Positions 48,629 through 58,499 of a stretch of 64,000 nt of DNA are shown piece by piece. The notes below the pieces were generated by a model. That model was not told the DNA's origin. It did not search any database and worked only from the letters and a program-made list of their open reading frames with translations. Position 1 is the stretch's first letter. Each line of letters begins with the position of its first letter. The stretch comes from an uncultured Chloroflexia bacterium (lineage in GTDB: Bacteria > Chloroflexota > Limnocylindria > Limnocylindrales > CSP1-4). A program made the position numbers and the translations under genes. The stretch spans positions 1 to 64,000 of the forward strand of contig CAVRGP010000008.1 in NCBI GenBank assembly GCA_963720755.1, written 5' to 3'.

Positions 48629-50425
48629 CTACTCGGCCGGGATCTCCGAGTGGATGGCATCCAGGTCGACGCCCTGGGAGCGCCGATAGAGCCGCGCGAC
48701 GACATACAGGATGGCCGCCGCGCCGTAGACCACGCCCAGGAAGATGATCGAGTTGGCGTTCCCAACCCCGATCCCGTAGAGCGGATCCGACAACCACAGG
48801 TAGATGACCCAGGCGAGGATGATCGAGGTGATCAAGCCTGCCCCGCTGATGACCACCTTCAGGTGGGCGACCGGCGAGTTGTCGAAGATCGCCGGCTTGT
48901 GCCACGGGAGGATCGTCGCAGCCACGGTGCTGCCCAGGAACGTGACGGCGATGACCAGCGTCGCGTCCAGGGTCAACGCAGCGAAGTCCGTCGAATAAGC
49001 GTAGATCGCGCTGACGATGATCGACGGGATCATGATGAAGAGCAAAGCGATGATCGGGACGGCGCGGCGTTCCGAGACGCGGGCGGCACTCTCGGGCAGG
49101 ATCCGATCGAATGCCGCCGCGAAGATCATCCGGGTGGATGACAGGAACAGCGTCCCGGACCAGCCCAGGAACCAGACCGCGAACAGGACGATCATCCCCA
49201 TCTGGAACAGTGTGTTGTCGATGAGATACGAGGCGAGGAGCGGCGGGTAACTCCAGATCGGGACCGTCGGATCGGTCGTCGTGTAGCCGTAGAACCAGTC
49301 GATGAAGTTGACGTTCGTGGCGTTGAAGAACAGCCAGCCGAACGTATTGGCGGCGAGGAGCACGAAGACGATGGCCAGGCCGGCCGTGACCCAGATGCCA
49401 CCGAGCATGCCGCGCAGGACCTTGCGGAAGTCGCCGGAACCGCGGACTTCGCCGTACAGGGTCGATCCCCAGTTCGGATAGAGGATCCAGAACAGCATGA
49501 ACGGGATCATGGCGAGGGTGGCTGTGAGCGTCGCACCGAGATCGTCACCGAGCGCCAGCGGGTCGAGCGAGCCGGTGAAGCCATCGTTCGCCGCGGCGTC
49601 CGCGATCGTCTGGCTGTAGGCCCCGGAGACCCCGAACAGCGAGTTCGAGGCACGATCGAATGCAGCCTGGAAGTCAGCTTGCGACGAGATGAGCATGAGG
49701 GCGAACATGATGGCCAGCCCGATCAGCCCGGCGTACAGGCACCAGCGCTGGATCCGGGCGTACCCGGCCATGCCCAGGGCGACCAGGCCCGACGTCAGGA
49801 CGATGACGATGATCGATACCGTCAGGGTGCCTTCGGGGGTCGCGAAGAAGTTGACCCCGTCCGTGGACCCGAGCAGGGCCGCCAGGGGCTGGAAGAACTC
49901 GATCTTGAGGATCGCGCCGTAGATCGGCGCCCACAGCGCGAGGATGAACCACCATCCGCTGGCGGCGAGGACGAAACCGATCCCGCCCTTCAGCCGGCCG
50001 ATGAATCCACCGACGATGAGCCCGAGCACCCCCGCCCCGAGCGCGACGGTGCTGTCGAGCCCGACCGCCTGGGCGACCAGGTAGCCGGCGACCGCGCCGA
50101 CGATGGCGCCGACCGCGGTGCCGGGCAGCCCGTCGAGAACGCGGCTCTGCCAGATGTAGTCGCCGCCGGCGCGCGGCATGGCCGCGATGAGGCCGGAATA
50201 GGCGACCGCCAGGAAGGTCACGGCGATCGCCGCGAGGACGATCGAGAGCACCGGCGACGCATCCGGGACGTAGGCGAAGACCGCCAGGCTGTAGAACATG
50301 CCCAGCGTGACGAGGTTGACGGACATGAACGAGTACGTGAACGCGTCGAAGCCGGACCAGCCCTTGACCAGTCCGGTTGCGTTCCTCAGGAACAGTGATG
50401 GCGCCGAAGCCGATTGCGAGGCCAT
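48629..50425 (-). CDS. APC-superfamily amino acid/amine permease
   Basis: FLRNATGLV, MPRAGGDYIW, GEVR, RMIFAAAFDRILP; about 14 TM. Confidence 0.88.
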   Translation of the reverse strand: MASQSASAPSLFLRNATGLVKGWSGFDAFTYSFMSVNLVTLGMFYSLAVFAYVPDASPVLSIVLAAIAVTFLAVAYSGLIAAMPRAGGDYIWQSRVLDGLPGTAVGAIVGAVAGYLVAQAVGLDSTVALGAGVLGLIVGGFIGRLKGGIGFVLAASGWWFILALWAPIYGAILKIEFFQPLAALLGSTDGVNFFATPEGTLTVSIIVIVLTSGLVALGMAGYARIQRWCLYAGLIGLAIMFALMLISSQADFQAAFDRASNSLFGVSGAYSQTIADAAANDGFTGSLDPLALGDDLGATLTATLAMIPFMLFWILYPNWGSTLYGEVRGSGDFRKVLRGMLGGIWVTAGLAIVFVLLAANTFGWLFFNATNVNFIDWFYGYTTTDPTVPIWSYPPLLASYLIDNTLFQMGMIVLFAVWFLGWSGTLFLSSTRMIFAAAFDRILPESAARVSERRAVPIIALLFIMIPSIIVSAIYAYSTDFAALTLDATLVIAVTFLGSTVAATILPWHKPAIFDNSPVAHLKVVISGAGLITSIILAWVIYLWLSDPLYGIGVGNANSIIFLGVVYGAAAILYVVARLYRRSQGVDLDAIHSEIPAE

Positions 50426-50456
50426 GCTTCCCTCCTCACCCCCAAGTCCGTGGTCC

Positions 50457-51395
50457 TTAGCCGTTGATCAGCAGATAGCGCTTCACCTCGCCTTTCTTGA
50501 CATCGAGATCGACGATCGCAGCCTGGAGTACGCCGTCCTCGTACGAACTGCCGGGGTTCACCGCCAGGGTCCGGCCGAGCTTGACCGCTCCCTTGCCTTC
50601 ATGGATGTGGCCGTGCAGCGAAAGCGGCGGCCCGTACGCCAGGATGGACTCGCGTACGGCGCGTGATCCCACCGGGATGAGCGCCTGGCCGCCGGACACG
50701 TAGTTCATGTCGGCATCGAGCTTCGGGGCGCTGTCGAGGTTCGAGCCGTAGGGCGGGGCGTGGAAGTTGAAGATCGCCCGGTGGGGATCGGCGGCCTGGC
50801 TCACCAGCCCGTCGATCCGCTCCCGAAGTTCGGGTTCGGGCAGCTCCCGGAACGTGTTCCAGGGCGTCGGGTTGGCGTAGCCGGTCGAGACGAGGGTGAA
50901 CCCATCCAGCTCGATGGTGTTTCCCTCGCCCAGCTCCAGATGTCTCGCCTGCTCGATGATCGGATCCAGTTCGAAGATGTCGTCATTCGCCGGCGAGACG
51001 ATGCAGCGGATGCCGGTCCCGGTCAGTCGCTCATCGCCGAGCGCCATCCAGCGCTCGACGTTGGCCAGCATCTCCGACTTGAACCGGGTATCGACGAGAT
51101 CCGCATCTGCCGACCAGGCGTCCACCTCGTCGCGGGTCAACCGGACCGGGTAGTAGCCCCGATCGCTGATCCGCTTCTCCATCGCCCGCAGCTCGTCGTC
51201 CGTGGTCAGGACGTAGGACTGGCCCTGCAACTCCAGTTCCCAGTCCGAGCCGTTTGCGACGATGGGGACCATGGCCTTGCCGGTCATGTCGCCGCCCATG
51301 ATCAGGACGTCCGCCTTGTGGAACTTGCCGGCGTTGATGAACTTGCGCCAGCAGATCTCGGAACCGTGGATATCGGTGGCGAAGAAGATCCTCAC
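50457..51395 (-). CDS. Calcineurin-like metallophosphoesterase
   Basis: TDIHGS, GGDMTGK, PANDD, FHAPPY, HGHIHE, NPGS; GTG overlaps the upstream stop. Confidence 0.88.
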   Translation of the reverse strand: MRIFFATDIHGSEICWRKFINAGKFHKADVLIMGGDMTGKAMVPIVANGSDWELELQGQSYVLTTDDELRAMEKRISDRGYYPVRLTRDEVDAWSADADLVDTRFKSEMLANVERWMALGDERLTGTGIRCIVSPANDDIFELDPIIEQARHLELGEGNTIELDGFTLVSTGYANPTPWNTFRELPEPELRERIDGLVSQAADPHRAIFNFHAPPYGSNLDSAPKLDADMNYVSGGQALIPVGSRAVRESILAYGPPLSLHGHIHEGKGAVKLGRTLAVNPGSSYEDGVLQAAIVDLDVKKGEVKRYLLING

Positions 51396-52225
51396 GTCGT
51401 CCCGTGTCCCATCTCCTCCGGATCCTGGTACCAGGTCGCCCGTTCGCCGACCCGGGCGCGCAGCCGCCATTTCGTCGACTTGGGCGCGTCGTCGATCGCC
51501 TTCCGGAGGGCGGCGATCTGGTCGCCCGGATCGAACAGGTACGGCCGTCCGTTGGCCAGATCGAGGTCGTCCGGCTCGAGGTCGGTGGCGAGGTACTGGA
51601 CGAGCTTGTCGAGGTTGCCGGTGACGGTCCGCCACCAACCCCAGTCGTTGGACGTGAACTTGAGGATCCTGGGCACGTTGATCGAGCCCAGCCCGTGCCG
51701 CGAGTCAGGCGCACCATCGTTCGGTCCGAGCGGGTGCTCGACCAGGAGGACGAGCGCGTCGAGCACATCCTTCCGGTTGATCTTGACGACCTGGAGCTTG
51801 GACAGGAGGAGTTCGGCCAGCGGGAGGGTCGGGCTGGACACCTCCAGGCGGTCGCTGAAGTCGAAGCGGTGGCACATCTCGAGGCTGTCGACCAGGACGT
51901 CCACGGGACGCTGGCGGGGCACGTCCACGAAGTACGCCTGCTTGCCGCCGAAGAGCGCGTTGTGGCGCTTGTCGGGCGTGTAGCCCTCCGCGCTGAGGAG
52001 CGCGTAGAAGGCCGCGCGGTCCTTGGAGCGAGTCGCGAAGTCGAGATCCACCTCGACGCGGCGCGTTCTTGCGGGCCAGTCCGGGGCGTGGGCACGGATG
52101 GCCATCCCGCCCATGAGTCGGACGAGGAGTCCCTTGCTCTCCGCGACATCGACGACGCGCAACGACTCGGCCAACGGATCCTGCAGCGTCGGCAGATCGC
52201 CGGGGTCGCCAGGGCCAGCAGTCAT
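51392..52225 (-). CDS. Hypothetical nucleotidyltransferase-fold protein
   Basis: LMGGMA...DLD...VDV acidic triad and LLSKL...RKDVLD, a Pol-beta/AbiEii-like NTase layout. Confidence 0.7.
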   Translation of the reverse strand: MTAGPGDPGDLPTLQDPLAESLRVVDVAESKGLLVRLMGGMAIRAHAPDWPARTRRVEVDLDFATRSKDRAAFYALLSAEGYTPDKRHNALFGGKQAYFVDVPRQRPVDVLVDSLEMCHRFDFSDRLEVSSPTLPLAELLLSKLQVVKINRKDVLDALVLLVEHPLGPNDGAPDSRHGLGSINVPRILKFTSNDWGWWRTVTGNLDKLVQYLATDLEPDDLDLANGRPYLFDPGDQIAALRKAIDDAPKSTKWRLRARVGERATWYQDPEEMGHGTT

Positions 52226-52374
52226 CGCCCGTCCCTTCCATCGAGCACCGGTGATGCGATCGGATGCCCGATGGTCAGGGAGTATAGGGCTGCGACGAGC
52301 GTGCGCGGGCGCCCATACGGCGGGGTTCGGAGGTCCGCGTGGGGCGACACCGGTCGTCCTCCACGTTCACCGAC

Positions 52375-52403
52375 TTGACGCCCGGCCGCTGCGGCTGTCC
52401 AAT
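52375..52403 (+). promoter_or_regulatory. Putative sigma70 promoter TTGACG-N17-TCCAAT for the ABC operon
   Basis: Canonical 17-nt spacing in the intergenic region. Confidence 0.45.
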
Positions 52404-52530
52404 GCGCGCGACGACCGCACGGCTGGCCGTGCCGTCAGCCACAATGTCAGCCGGCGGCACGGGATCTCGGGAGACGAGGAGGTCTTTCGATCGCGAACCG
52501 CTGGTCATGAACGTCATCGGAGGACAGGAT

Positions 52531-53667
52531 TTGACTACGCATCGCAAGGTGACCCGGATCGCCGGGCTCCTGGTAGGCGCGAGCTTCGTGTTCGCGGCCT
52601 GCTCGTCATCCGGCTCGACGACGGCCGCCCCTGGCGCGTCCGGCGGCACCGGTTCCATGGACGCCCTCGTCACGGCCGCCAAGGCCGAGGGTGGCCTCAA
52701 CACCATCGCGCTGCCGCGCGACTGGTGCAACTACGGCGCGCTCATCGACGGCTTCACCGCCAAGTACGGGATCCCGATCAACGGGCTCAACCCGGGTGGC
52801 GGATCCAAGGACGAGCTCGAAGCCATCAAGGCCAACAAGGACAACCCCGGCCCACAGGCACCTGACGTAGTCGACGTCGGCCTGTCGTACGGTCCCCAGG
52901 GCGTGACCGAAGACCTGTACGCGCCGTACAAGGTCTCGACCTGGGACACGATTCCGGATTCGGCCAAGTCCGCGGACGGCGCCTGGTATGGCGACTATTA
53001 CGGTGTCCTCGCATTCGAAGTGAATACCCAGGTCGTGACCAACGTCCCGAAGGACTGGTCGGACCTGCTCAAGCCGGAATACAAGAACATGGTCGCCCTC
53101 GCCGGTGACCCGACCGCCTCCAACCAGGCGACCTCGAGCGTGTGGGCCTCGGCCTTCTCGCAGCCGGACGGCGGACTCGACAATGCCGCGCCCGGTCTCG
53201 ACTACTTCAAGCAGCTCAACGATGCCGGCAACTTCGTGCCGGTCATCGGCAATGCCACGACGGTCGCCTCGGGTGAGACCCCGATCCGGATCGCGTGGAC
53301 CTACAACGCGCTTGCCGACAAGGACTCGCTGGCCGGCAATCCCCCGATCGAGGTCGTCGTTCCGGCGACCGGCCAATTCGGCGGGATGTACGTCCAGGCG
53401 ATCAGCAAGTACGCACCGCATCCGAACGCGGCCAAGCTGTGGATGGAGTATCTCTACTCCGACGAGGGCCAGAACCTCTGGCTCGCGGGCTACTGCAACC
53501 CGATCCGCTATGACGACATGGTCGCCAAGGGGACCGTGGACAAGACCGCCCAGGCCAAGCTCCCGGACACCGCCGGGACCAACCTGCCGACCCTTGACCA
53601 GATCACGAAGGCTGCCGACGTGATCACAACGGGCTGGCCGACCGTGGTCGGGGTGACCGTTCAGTAG
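52531..53667 (+). CDS. ABC substrate-binding lipoprotein (PotD/AfuA-like)
   Basis: Lipobox FAAC; TIALPRDWCNYG, APDVVDVG, APHPNAAKLW; TTG start with SD. Confidence 0.88.
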   Translation: MTTHRKVTRIAGLLVGASFVFAACSSSGSTTAAPGASGGTGSMDALVTAAKAEGGLNTIALPRDWCNYGALIDGFTAKYGIPINGLNPGGGSKDELEAIKANKDNPGPQAPDVVDVGLSYGPQGVTEDLYAPYKVSTWDTIPDSAKSADGAWYGDYYGVLAFEVNTQVVTNVPKDWSDLLKPEYKNMVALAGDPTASNQATSSVWASAFSQPDGGLDNAAPGLDYFKQLNDAGNFVPVIGNATTVASGETPIRIAWTYNALADKDSLAGNPPIEVVVPATGQFGGMYVQAISKYAPHPNAAKLWMEYLYSDEGQNLWLAGYCNPIRYDDMVAKGTVDKTAQAKLPDTAGTNLPTLDQITKAADVITTGWPTVVGVTVQ

Positions 53668-53701
53668 TGAGGGACCTGCCCGTGCCGACTCCGGTCGTAC
53701 G

Positions 53702-54595
53702 GTGACAGCAACGACGGCTCGGGGCGCGCCAGCGGCGCGCCCCGTCCGGCGCCGCCTGGGCTGGTCATGGCTCGGGCTCGTTCCGTTCCTCCTCTTCGCC
53801 ACGGCCTTCCTCCTCGTGCCGACCTTCGGTCTCGTCGTCGGCAGCTTCCAGGATCCGGCCGGACAACCCACCCTCCAGAACTACGCAGATCTGTCCCAGC
53901 CGGGGATCGTCAGCGCATACGTCACCAGCATCGAGATCAGCCTGGTCACGGCCCTCCTCGGAGGGCTGTTCGGTTTCCTGCTCGCCTATGCAGTCATCTC
54001 CGGCGGCCTGCCCGGACCGTTCCGGGGCGGACTCATGACCTTCTCCGGCGTGGCCTCCAACTTCGCGGGCGTCCCGTTGGCCCTGGCATTCACCTTCACC
54101 CTGGGCCGCCTCGGGTTCATGACCGTCTTCCTCAAGGACATTCTCGGGATCGACATCTACGGGAATGGGTTCACCATCTACTCCAAGCTCGGGCTGGAGA
54201 TCGTGTACCTCTACTTCCAGTTCCCGCTCATGGTCCTGATCATCGCCCCGGCCATCGACGGTCTCCGCCAGGAATGGCGCGAAGCGTCCGAGAACATGGG
54301 GGCGAGTTCCTTCCAGTACTGGCGTCATATCGCCCTGCCGATCCTCACGCCGACCCTGCTCGGGACGATGATCCTGTTGTTCGGGAACTCGTTCGGCGCG
54401 CAGGCGACCGCCTATCAGCTGACCGGCGGACAACTCAACATCGTGACCCTGCTCATCACCCGCCAGATCCGCGGCGATGTGCTGAACAACCTGGGTCTCG
54501 GCTACGCGGTCGCGATGGGGATGGTCGCCATCATGGGCGCGACGATCCTGATCTACGTTTGGCTGCAGCGTCGAGCGGAACGGTGGCAACGATGA
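53702..54595 (+). CDS. ABC permease
   Basis: EAA loop WREASENMGA. Confidence 0.9.
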   Translation: MTATTARGAPAARPVRRRLGWSWLGLVPFLLFATAFLLVPTFGLVVGSFQDPAGQPTLQNYADLSQPGIVSAYVTSIEISLVTALLGGLFGFLLAYAVISGGLPGPFRGGLMTFSGVASNFAGVPLALAFTFTLGRLGFMTVFLKDILGIDIYGNGFTIYSKLGLEIVYLYFQFPLMVLIIAPAIDGLRQEWREASENMGASSFQYWRHIALPILTPTLLGTMILLFGNSFGAQATAYQLTGGQLNIVTLLITRQIRGDVLNNLGLGYAVAMGMVAIMGATILIYVWLQRRAERWQR

Positions 54596-55398
54596 AGCTG
54601 ACGAGACTCTGGTGGTGGGTCGTCTTCATCATCGGGTTCCTGTACTTCTTCCTGCCGTTGCTCGGAACGTTCGAGTTCTCGCTCGGCCACCCGCTCGGGC
54701 CGGTCCACGCTCCGGCGACCTTCGACTTCTACCGGGAGGTCATCAGCAGCCCAGCCTTCTGGCAGAGCCTCGGGTACTCGTTCATCGTCGGCGTCATCAC
54801 GATCGTGGTCAGCATCGCGCTGATCATGCCCACCGCATTCTGGGTCCGGCTCCGGGTCCCCAAGGCTCGACCACTGGTCGAGTTCATCACCCTGATGCCA
54901 TTCGTGATCCCGCCGATCGTGCTGGTCTTCGGCCTTCTCAAGACGTACAGCAAGCCGCCGTTCCCGTTCACCTACACGGACCTCGGCAGCACCGCCCTCC
55001 TCGTCTTCGCGTACGTCATCCTGTCGTTCCCGTACATGTACCGGGCGGTCGATACGGGGCTCCAGGCCATTGACATCCGGACCCTCACCGAGGCAGCCCA
55101 GAGCCTGGGGGCAGGCTGGACACGGATCATCCTGCGAGTCATCCTCCCGAACGTCCGGGTCGCCCTGCTGAGTGGTGCCTTCCTGACCCTGGCCATCGTC
55201 ATCGGTGAGTTCACCATCGCCATCTTCCTGGCCCGGCCGGCATTCGGACCGTATCTCTCTTTGCTCGGGCAGAACAAAGCGTACGAACCGGCGGCGGTCT
55301 CGATCATCAGCTTCGGCCTGACCTGGCTGGCCATGATCCTCATCGCCTTCATCGGCCGTGGGTCGCGCACCGGGGTCACCCTCGGCGGTGCCCGCTAG
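54592..55398 (+). CDS. ABC permease
   Basis: EAA loop LTEAAQSLGA. Confidence 0.9.
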   Translation: MKLTRLWWWVVFIIGFLYFFLPLLGTFEFSLGHPLGPVHAPATFDFYREVISSPAFWQSLGYSFIVGVITIVVSIALIMPTAFWVRLRVPKARPLVEFITLMPFVIPPIVLVFGLLKTYSKPPFPFTYTDLGSTALLVFAYVILSFPYMYRAVDTGLQAIDIRTLTEAAQSLGAGWTRIILRVILPNVRVALLSGAFLTLAIVIGEFTIAIFLARPAFGPYLSLLGQNKAYEPAAVSIISFGLTWLAMILIAFIGRGSRTGVTLGGAR

Positions 55399-55416
55399 GA
55401 TGGACGAGGAGGCCCG

Positions 55417-56544
55417 ATGTCGTTCCTGACCCTGACAGGGATCCAGAAGCAGTTCCCCGGTGGCGTCGTCGCCGTGGCCGACTTCAATCTCGAAGCGGTC
55501 CGAGGTGAGTTCGTGTCGTTCCTGGGGCCGTCCGGGTGCGGCAAGACGACGACCCTCCGGATGATCGCCGGGTTCGAGAGGCCGACCGCCGGCACGATCG
55601 TCGTCGACGGGACCGACATCACCTATCAGGCCCCCAACCAGCGCAACGTCGGGATGGTCTTCCAGTCCTACGCGCTGTTCCCCAACATGAACGTGGCCGA
55701 CAACATCGGCTTCGGGCTCAAGGTCCGCAAGCGACCCAAGGCCGAGATCGCCCGGAAGGTCGCCGAGCTGATCGAGATGATGCATCTGGACGGTCGCGCC
55801 GACCGGTTCCCGTGGCAGATGTCGGGTGGCCAGCAACAGCGGGTCGCGCTGGCCCGCGCGCTGGCGATCGAGCCGCAGGTGCTCCTGCTCGACGAACCAC
55901 TGTCTGCGCTCGACGCGAAGATCCGGATCGTCCTTCGCTCGGAGATCCGGTCGATCCAACGCCAGCTCGGGATCACGACCGTCTACGTCACCCACGATCA
56001 GGAAGAGGCCCTCTCGCTGTCGGATCGGGTGGTCGTCATGAGCGACGGTCACGTGGAGCAGATCGGCACACCGTCGGAGATCTATAACTTCCCGAGTACG
56101 GCCTTCGTCGCGTCCTTCGTGGGGACGCTCAACCTGGTCAACGCGGGTGTCATCGACGTCGAATCCGGCCGGCTCTCGATCGACGGGCAGGAAGTCCGGA
56201 CGAGCAAGACGATCACAGGTGTCGGTGCGGGCGGTCGCGTGACTCTTGCCGTCCGGCCCGAAGGGATCAGTCTCGGTGACGGCGAAACCGGCGTGAACCG
56301 GGTAAAGGGCACCCTCCAGGACATCAACTTCCTCGGGTCGATCGTCCGGCTCCGGGTGCGGCTCGATGCCGACACGAGCGGCAGCGGACGCACCGTCGTC
56401 GCGCTCGACACCTTCAACGAGCCACACCTCGCGCTCCCGGCCGTCGGGGAATCGATCGCCATCTCGTTCCCGCCTGAGGCCTGTTTCGTCCTCGGGGCCG
56501 CCCGTGACGAAGCGTCGGGTGCGGAGGCCGGCTCCGAGGTATGA
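55417..56544 (+). CDS. ABC ATPase (PotA-like, TOBE domain)
   Basis: GPSGCGKT, FQSYALFP, SGGQQQR, DEP. Confidence 0.92.
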   Translation: MSFLTLTGIQKQFPGGVVAVADFNLEAVRGEFVSFLGPSGCGKTTTLRMIAGFERPTAGTIVVDGTDITYQAPNQRNVGMVFQSYALFPNMNVADNIGFGLKVRKRPKAEIARKVAELIEMMHLDGRADRFPWQMSGGQQQRVALARALAIEPQVLLLDEPLSALDAKIRIVLRSEIRSIQRQLGITTVYVTHDQEEALSLSDRVVVMSDGHVEQIGTPSEIYNFPSTAFVASFVGTLNLVNAGVIDVESGRLSIDGQEVRTSKTITGVGAGGRVTLAVRPEGISLGDGETGVNRVKGTLQDINFLGSIVRLRVRLDADTSGSGRTVVALDTFNEPHLALPAVGESIAISFPPEACFVLGAARDEASGAEAGSEV

Positions 56545-57296
56545 CCGCCGGGCCGGCTGGCCTGGACCTCCGCGCAGTCGACCTGGTCATCTTCGACAAG
56601 GACGGCACGCTTATCGACTTCGAGTCGATGTGGAGCCCGTGGGCAGTCGCCCTGGCCCAGGCGCTCCGGTCGGCGACTGGCCGCGCCATCGACGGCCCCC
56701 TCTTCGAGATGCTGGGCTACGACGCCGCGACGGGCACGGTCCGGCCCGGCGGCGGACTGGCCGCGACGCCGATGGCCCGCCTACGGGAACGAACGCGTGA
56801 CGTGCTGATCGAGGCGGGGGTGCCCGAAGACGATGCCGACCGTGCTGTCGAGGCAGCATGGCACGCCCCGGACCCGGTCGGGCTCGTCCACCCGCTCGTG
56901 GATCTTGCCGGGCTGTTCGGCCGGCTGCACGCAGCCGGGATCGCGGTCGCCATCGCCACCAGCGACGACCGCAGCCCCACGGAACGGACGCTCGCGGCCC
57001 TCGGCCTATCCGGCGTCATCGACGCGATGGTCTGTGCCGACGACGGTGTCCCACTCAAGCCGCAGCCGGACATGGTCCTGCGGCTGTGCGGCGAGGTCGG
57101 CGTGTCGCCGACACGCACGGCCGTCGTGGGCGATGCGCCGGCGGATGTGCAGATGGGCCGCTCCGCGGGCGCCGGGCTCGTGGTCGGGGTCCTGACCGGC
57201 GTCGGGACGCGAGCCGACCTGGAGTCGCTGGCCGATGTCGTGATCGACTCGATCGACGACCTGATGGCGAGGACCGGGGGCGTCCGCCCGTTCTAG
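56541..57296 (+). CDS. HAD-superfamily hydrolase
   Basis: FDKDGTL, ATSD, KP, VGDAPAD. Confidence 0.9.
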   Translation: MTAGPAGLDLRAVDLVIFDKDGTLIDFESMWSPWAVALAQALRSATGRAIDGPLFEMLGYDAATGTVRPGGGLAATPMARLRERTRDVLIEAGVPEDDADRAVEAAWHAPDPVGLVHPLVDLAGLFGRLHAAGIAVAIATSDDRSPTERTLAALGLSGVIDAMVCADDGVPLKPQPDMVLRLCGEVGVSPTRTAVVGDAPADVQMGRSAGAGLVVGVLTGVGTRADLESLADVVIDSIDDLMARTGGVRPF

Positions 57297-58051
57297 GCGC
57301 GACCGCCCATGAGGCGGAGCATGAACAGGAACAGGTTGATGAAGTCGAGGTAGAGGCGGAGTGCGCCGATGACGGCCGCCTTCTCCATGGAGCCCGTCTG
57401 CGCGGCCAGGTCACCCGACTGGATCCGCTGGACGTCATAGGCGGTCAGTGCGGTGAACAGGACGACCCCGATGACCGAGATGAGCCACGTGATCGGCGTG
57501 CTCTGGAGGAACAGGTTCAGGACCATCGCCACGAGCAGTCCGATGACGCCCATGAACATGAGCCCGCCCATCTTGGCCAGCGAGCGCTTGGTGACCGCGC
57601 CGTAGATCGCAGCCGCCCCGAACATCGCCGACGCGCTGAGAAAGGCCGTGACCACGGAACCGGTCGTGTAGCTGGCCACGATCAGGCCGATGGTGATGCC
57701 GAGCGAAGCCGCATAAACGAAGAACAAACCGAGCGCGGCCGTGGCACTGATCTTGTTGATGCCGGCGCTGATGACGACGACGAGTCCAAGCTGGGCCATG
57801 AACAGGATGAAGAAGCTGCCACTCGCGAAGTTCAGCAGGGCATCGTTACTCTGGACCGCGTAGGCGACGATCGCGGTCGCCAGCAGGCCGGCGAACATCC
57901 ACAAGAAGGCCTGGGACAGGAATGCAGCCTGCAGCCGCGCATCGGGCTTGACGCCCAGGGCCGACGGCGTGGCTCCCGGCGTGTGCGCGATCCCAGAGGC
58001 GGGGACGGCTGGCGGGGCGGAGTATCGAGTCGGGTTCTGGTTCTGTGTCAT
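57293..58051 (-). CDS. Bax inhibitor-1/YccA family membrane protein
   Basis: 7 TM; AYDVQRI, ALRLYLDFINLF. Confidence 0.92.
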   Translation of the reverse strand: MTQNQNPTRYSAPPAVPASGIAHTPGATPSALGVKPDARLQAAFLSQAFLWMFAGLLATAIVAYAVQSNDALLNFASGSFFILFMAQLGLVVVISAGINKISATAALGLFFVYAASLGITIGLIVASYTTGSVVTAFLSASAMFGAAAIYGAVTKRSLAKMGGLMFMGVIGLLVAMVLNLFLQSTPITWLISVIGVVLFTALTAYDVQRIQSGDLAAQTGSMEKAAVIGALRLYLDFINLFLFMLRLMGGRA

Positions 58052-58076
58052 CGCAGGTTCTCCTGGATCCTCTCGG

Positions 58077-58427
58077 TCACCACATCAGGCCGGCGTCGCG
58101 CGGATCCCAGCGCTCCGCCAGCAGGGTCACTTTCACGTCGTGCTCGACCACGGTCTCGGTCTGCTCCTTGACCTGGGCGATCATCGACCCGGCGTACGGA
58201 CAGAACGGCGTGGTGAGGATCATCTTGACTTCGGTCGAGTCGGGTCCGAGCACGATCTGCTTGATCAGCGCGAGCTCGACGACGTTCATCCCGATCTCCG
58301 GGTCGACCACCGCCCGCAGGGCATCGAGGATCGCGAGCTCCGTGGCGCGGCGCTCGGGATCGAACGGGGATGGCTCGCTGACCGGGGTCGGATCCTGGTC
58401 GGCCGTCTCGGCGATGCTGTCGGTCAT
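58077..58427 (-). CDS. DUF59/SufT-like Fe-S assembly factor
   Basis: VVDPEIGMNVVEL, LTTPFCP. Confidence 0.88.
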   Translation of the reverse strand: MTDSIAETADQDPTPVSEPSPFDPERRATELAILDALRAVVDPEIGMNVVELALIKQIVLGPDSTEVKMILTTPFCPYAGSMIAQVKEQTETVVEHDVKVTLLAERWDPRDAGLMW

Positions 58428-58499
58428 GGACGTCTCCGCATGGTCGCAAGAGGGTACCATCCAGCCGCCAGGATGCCTTTCCGCGTGATGGTTCCCTGG

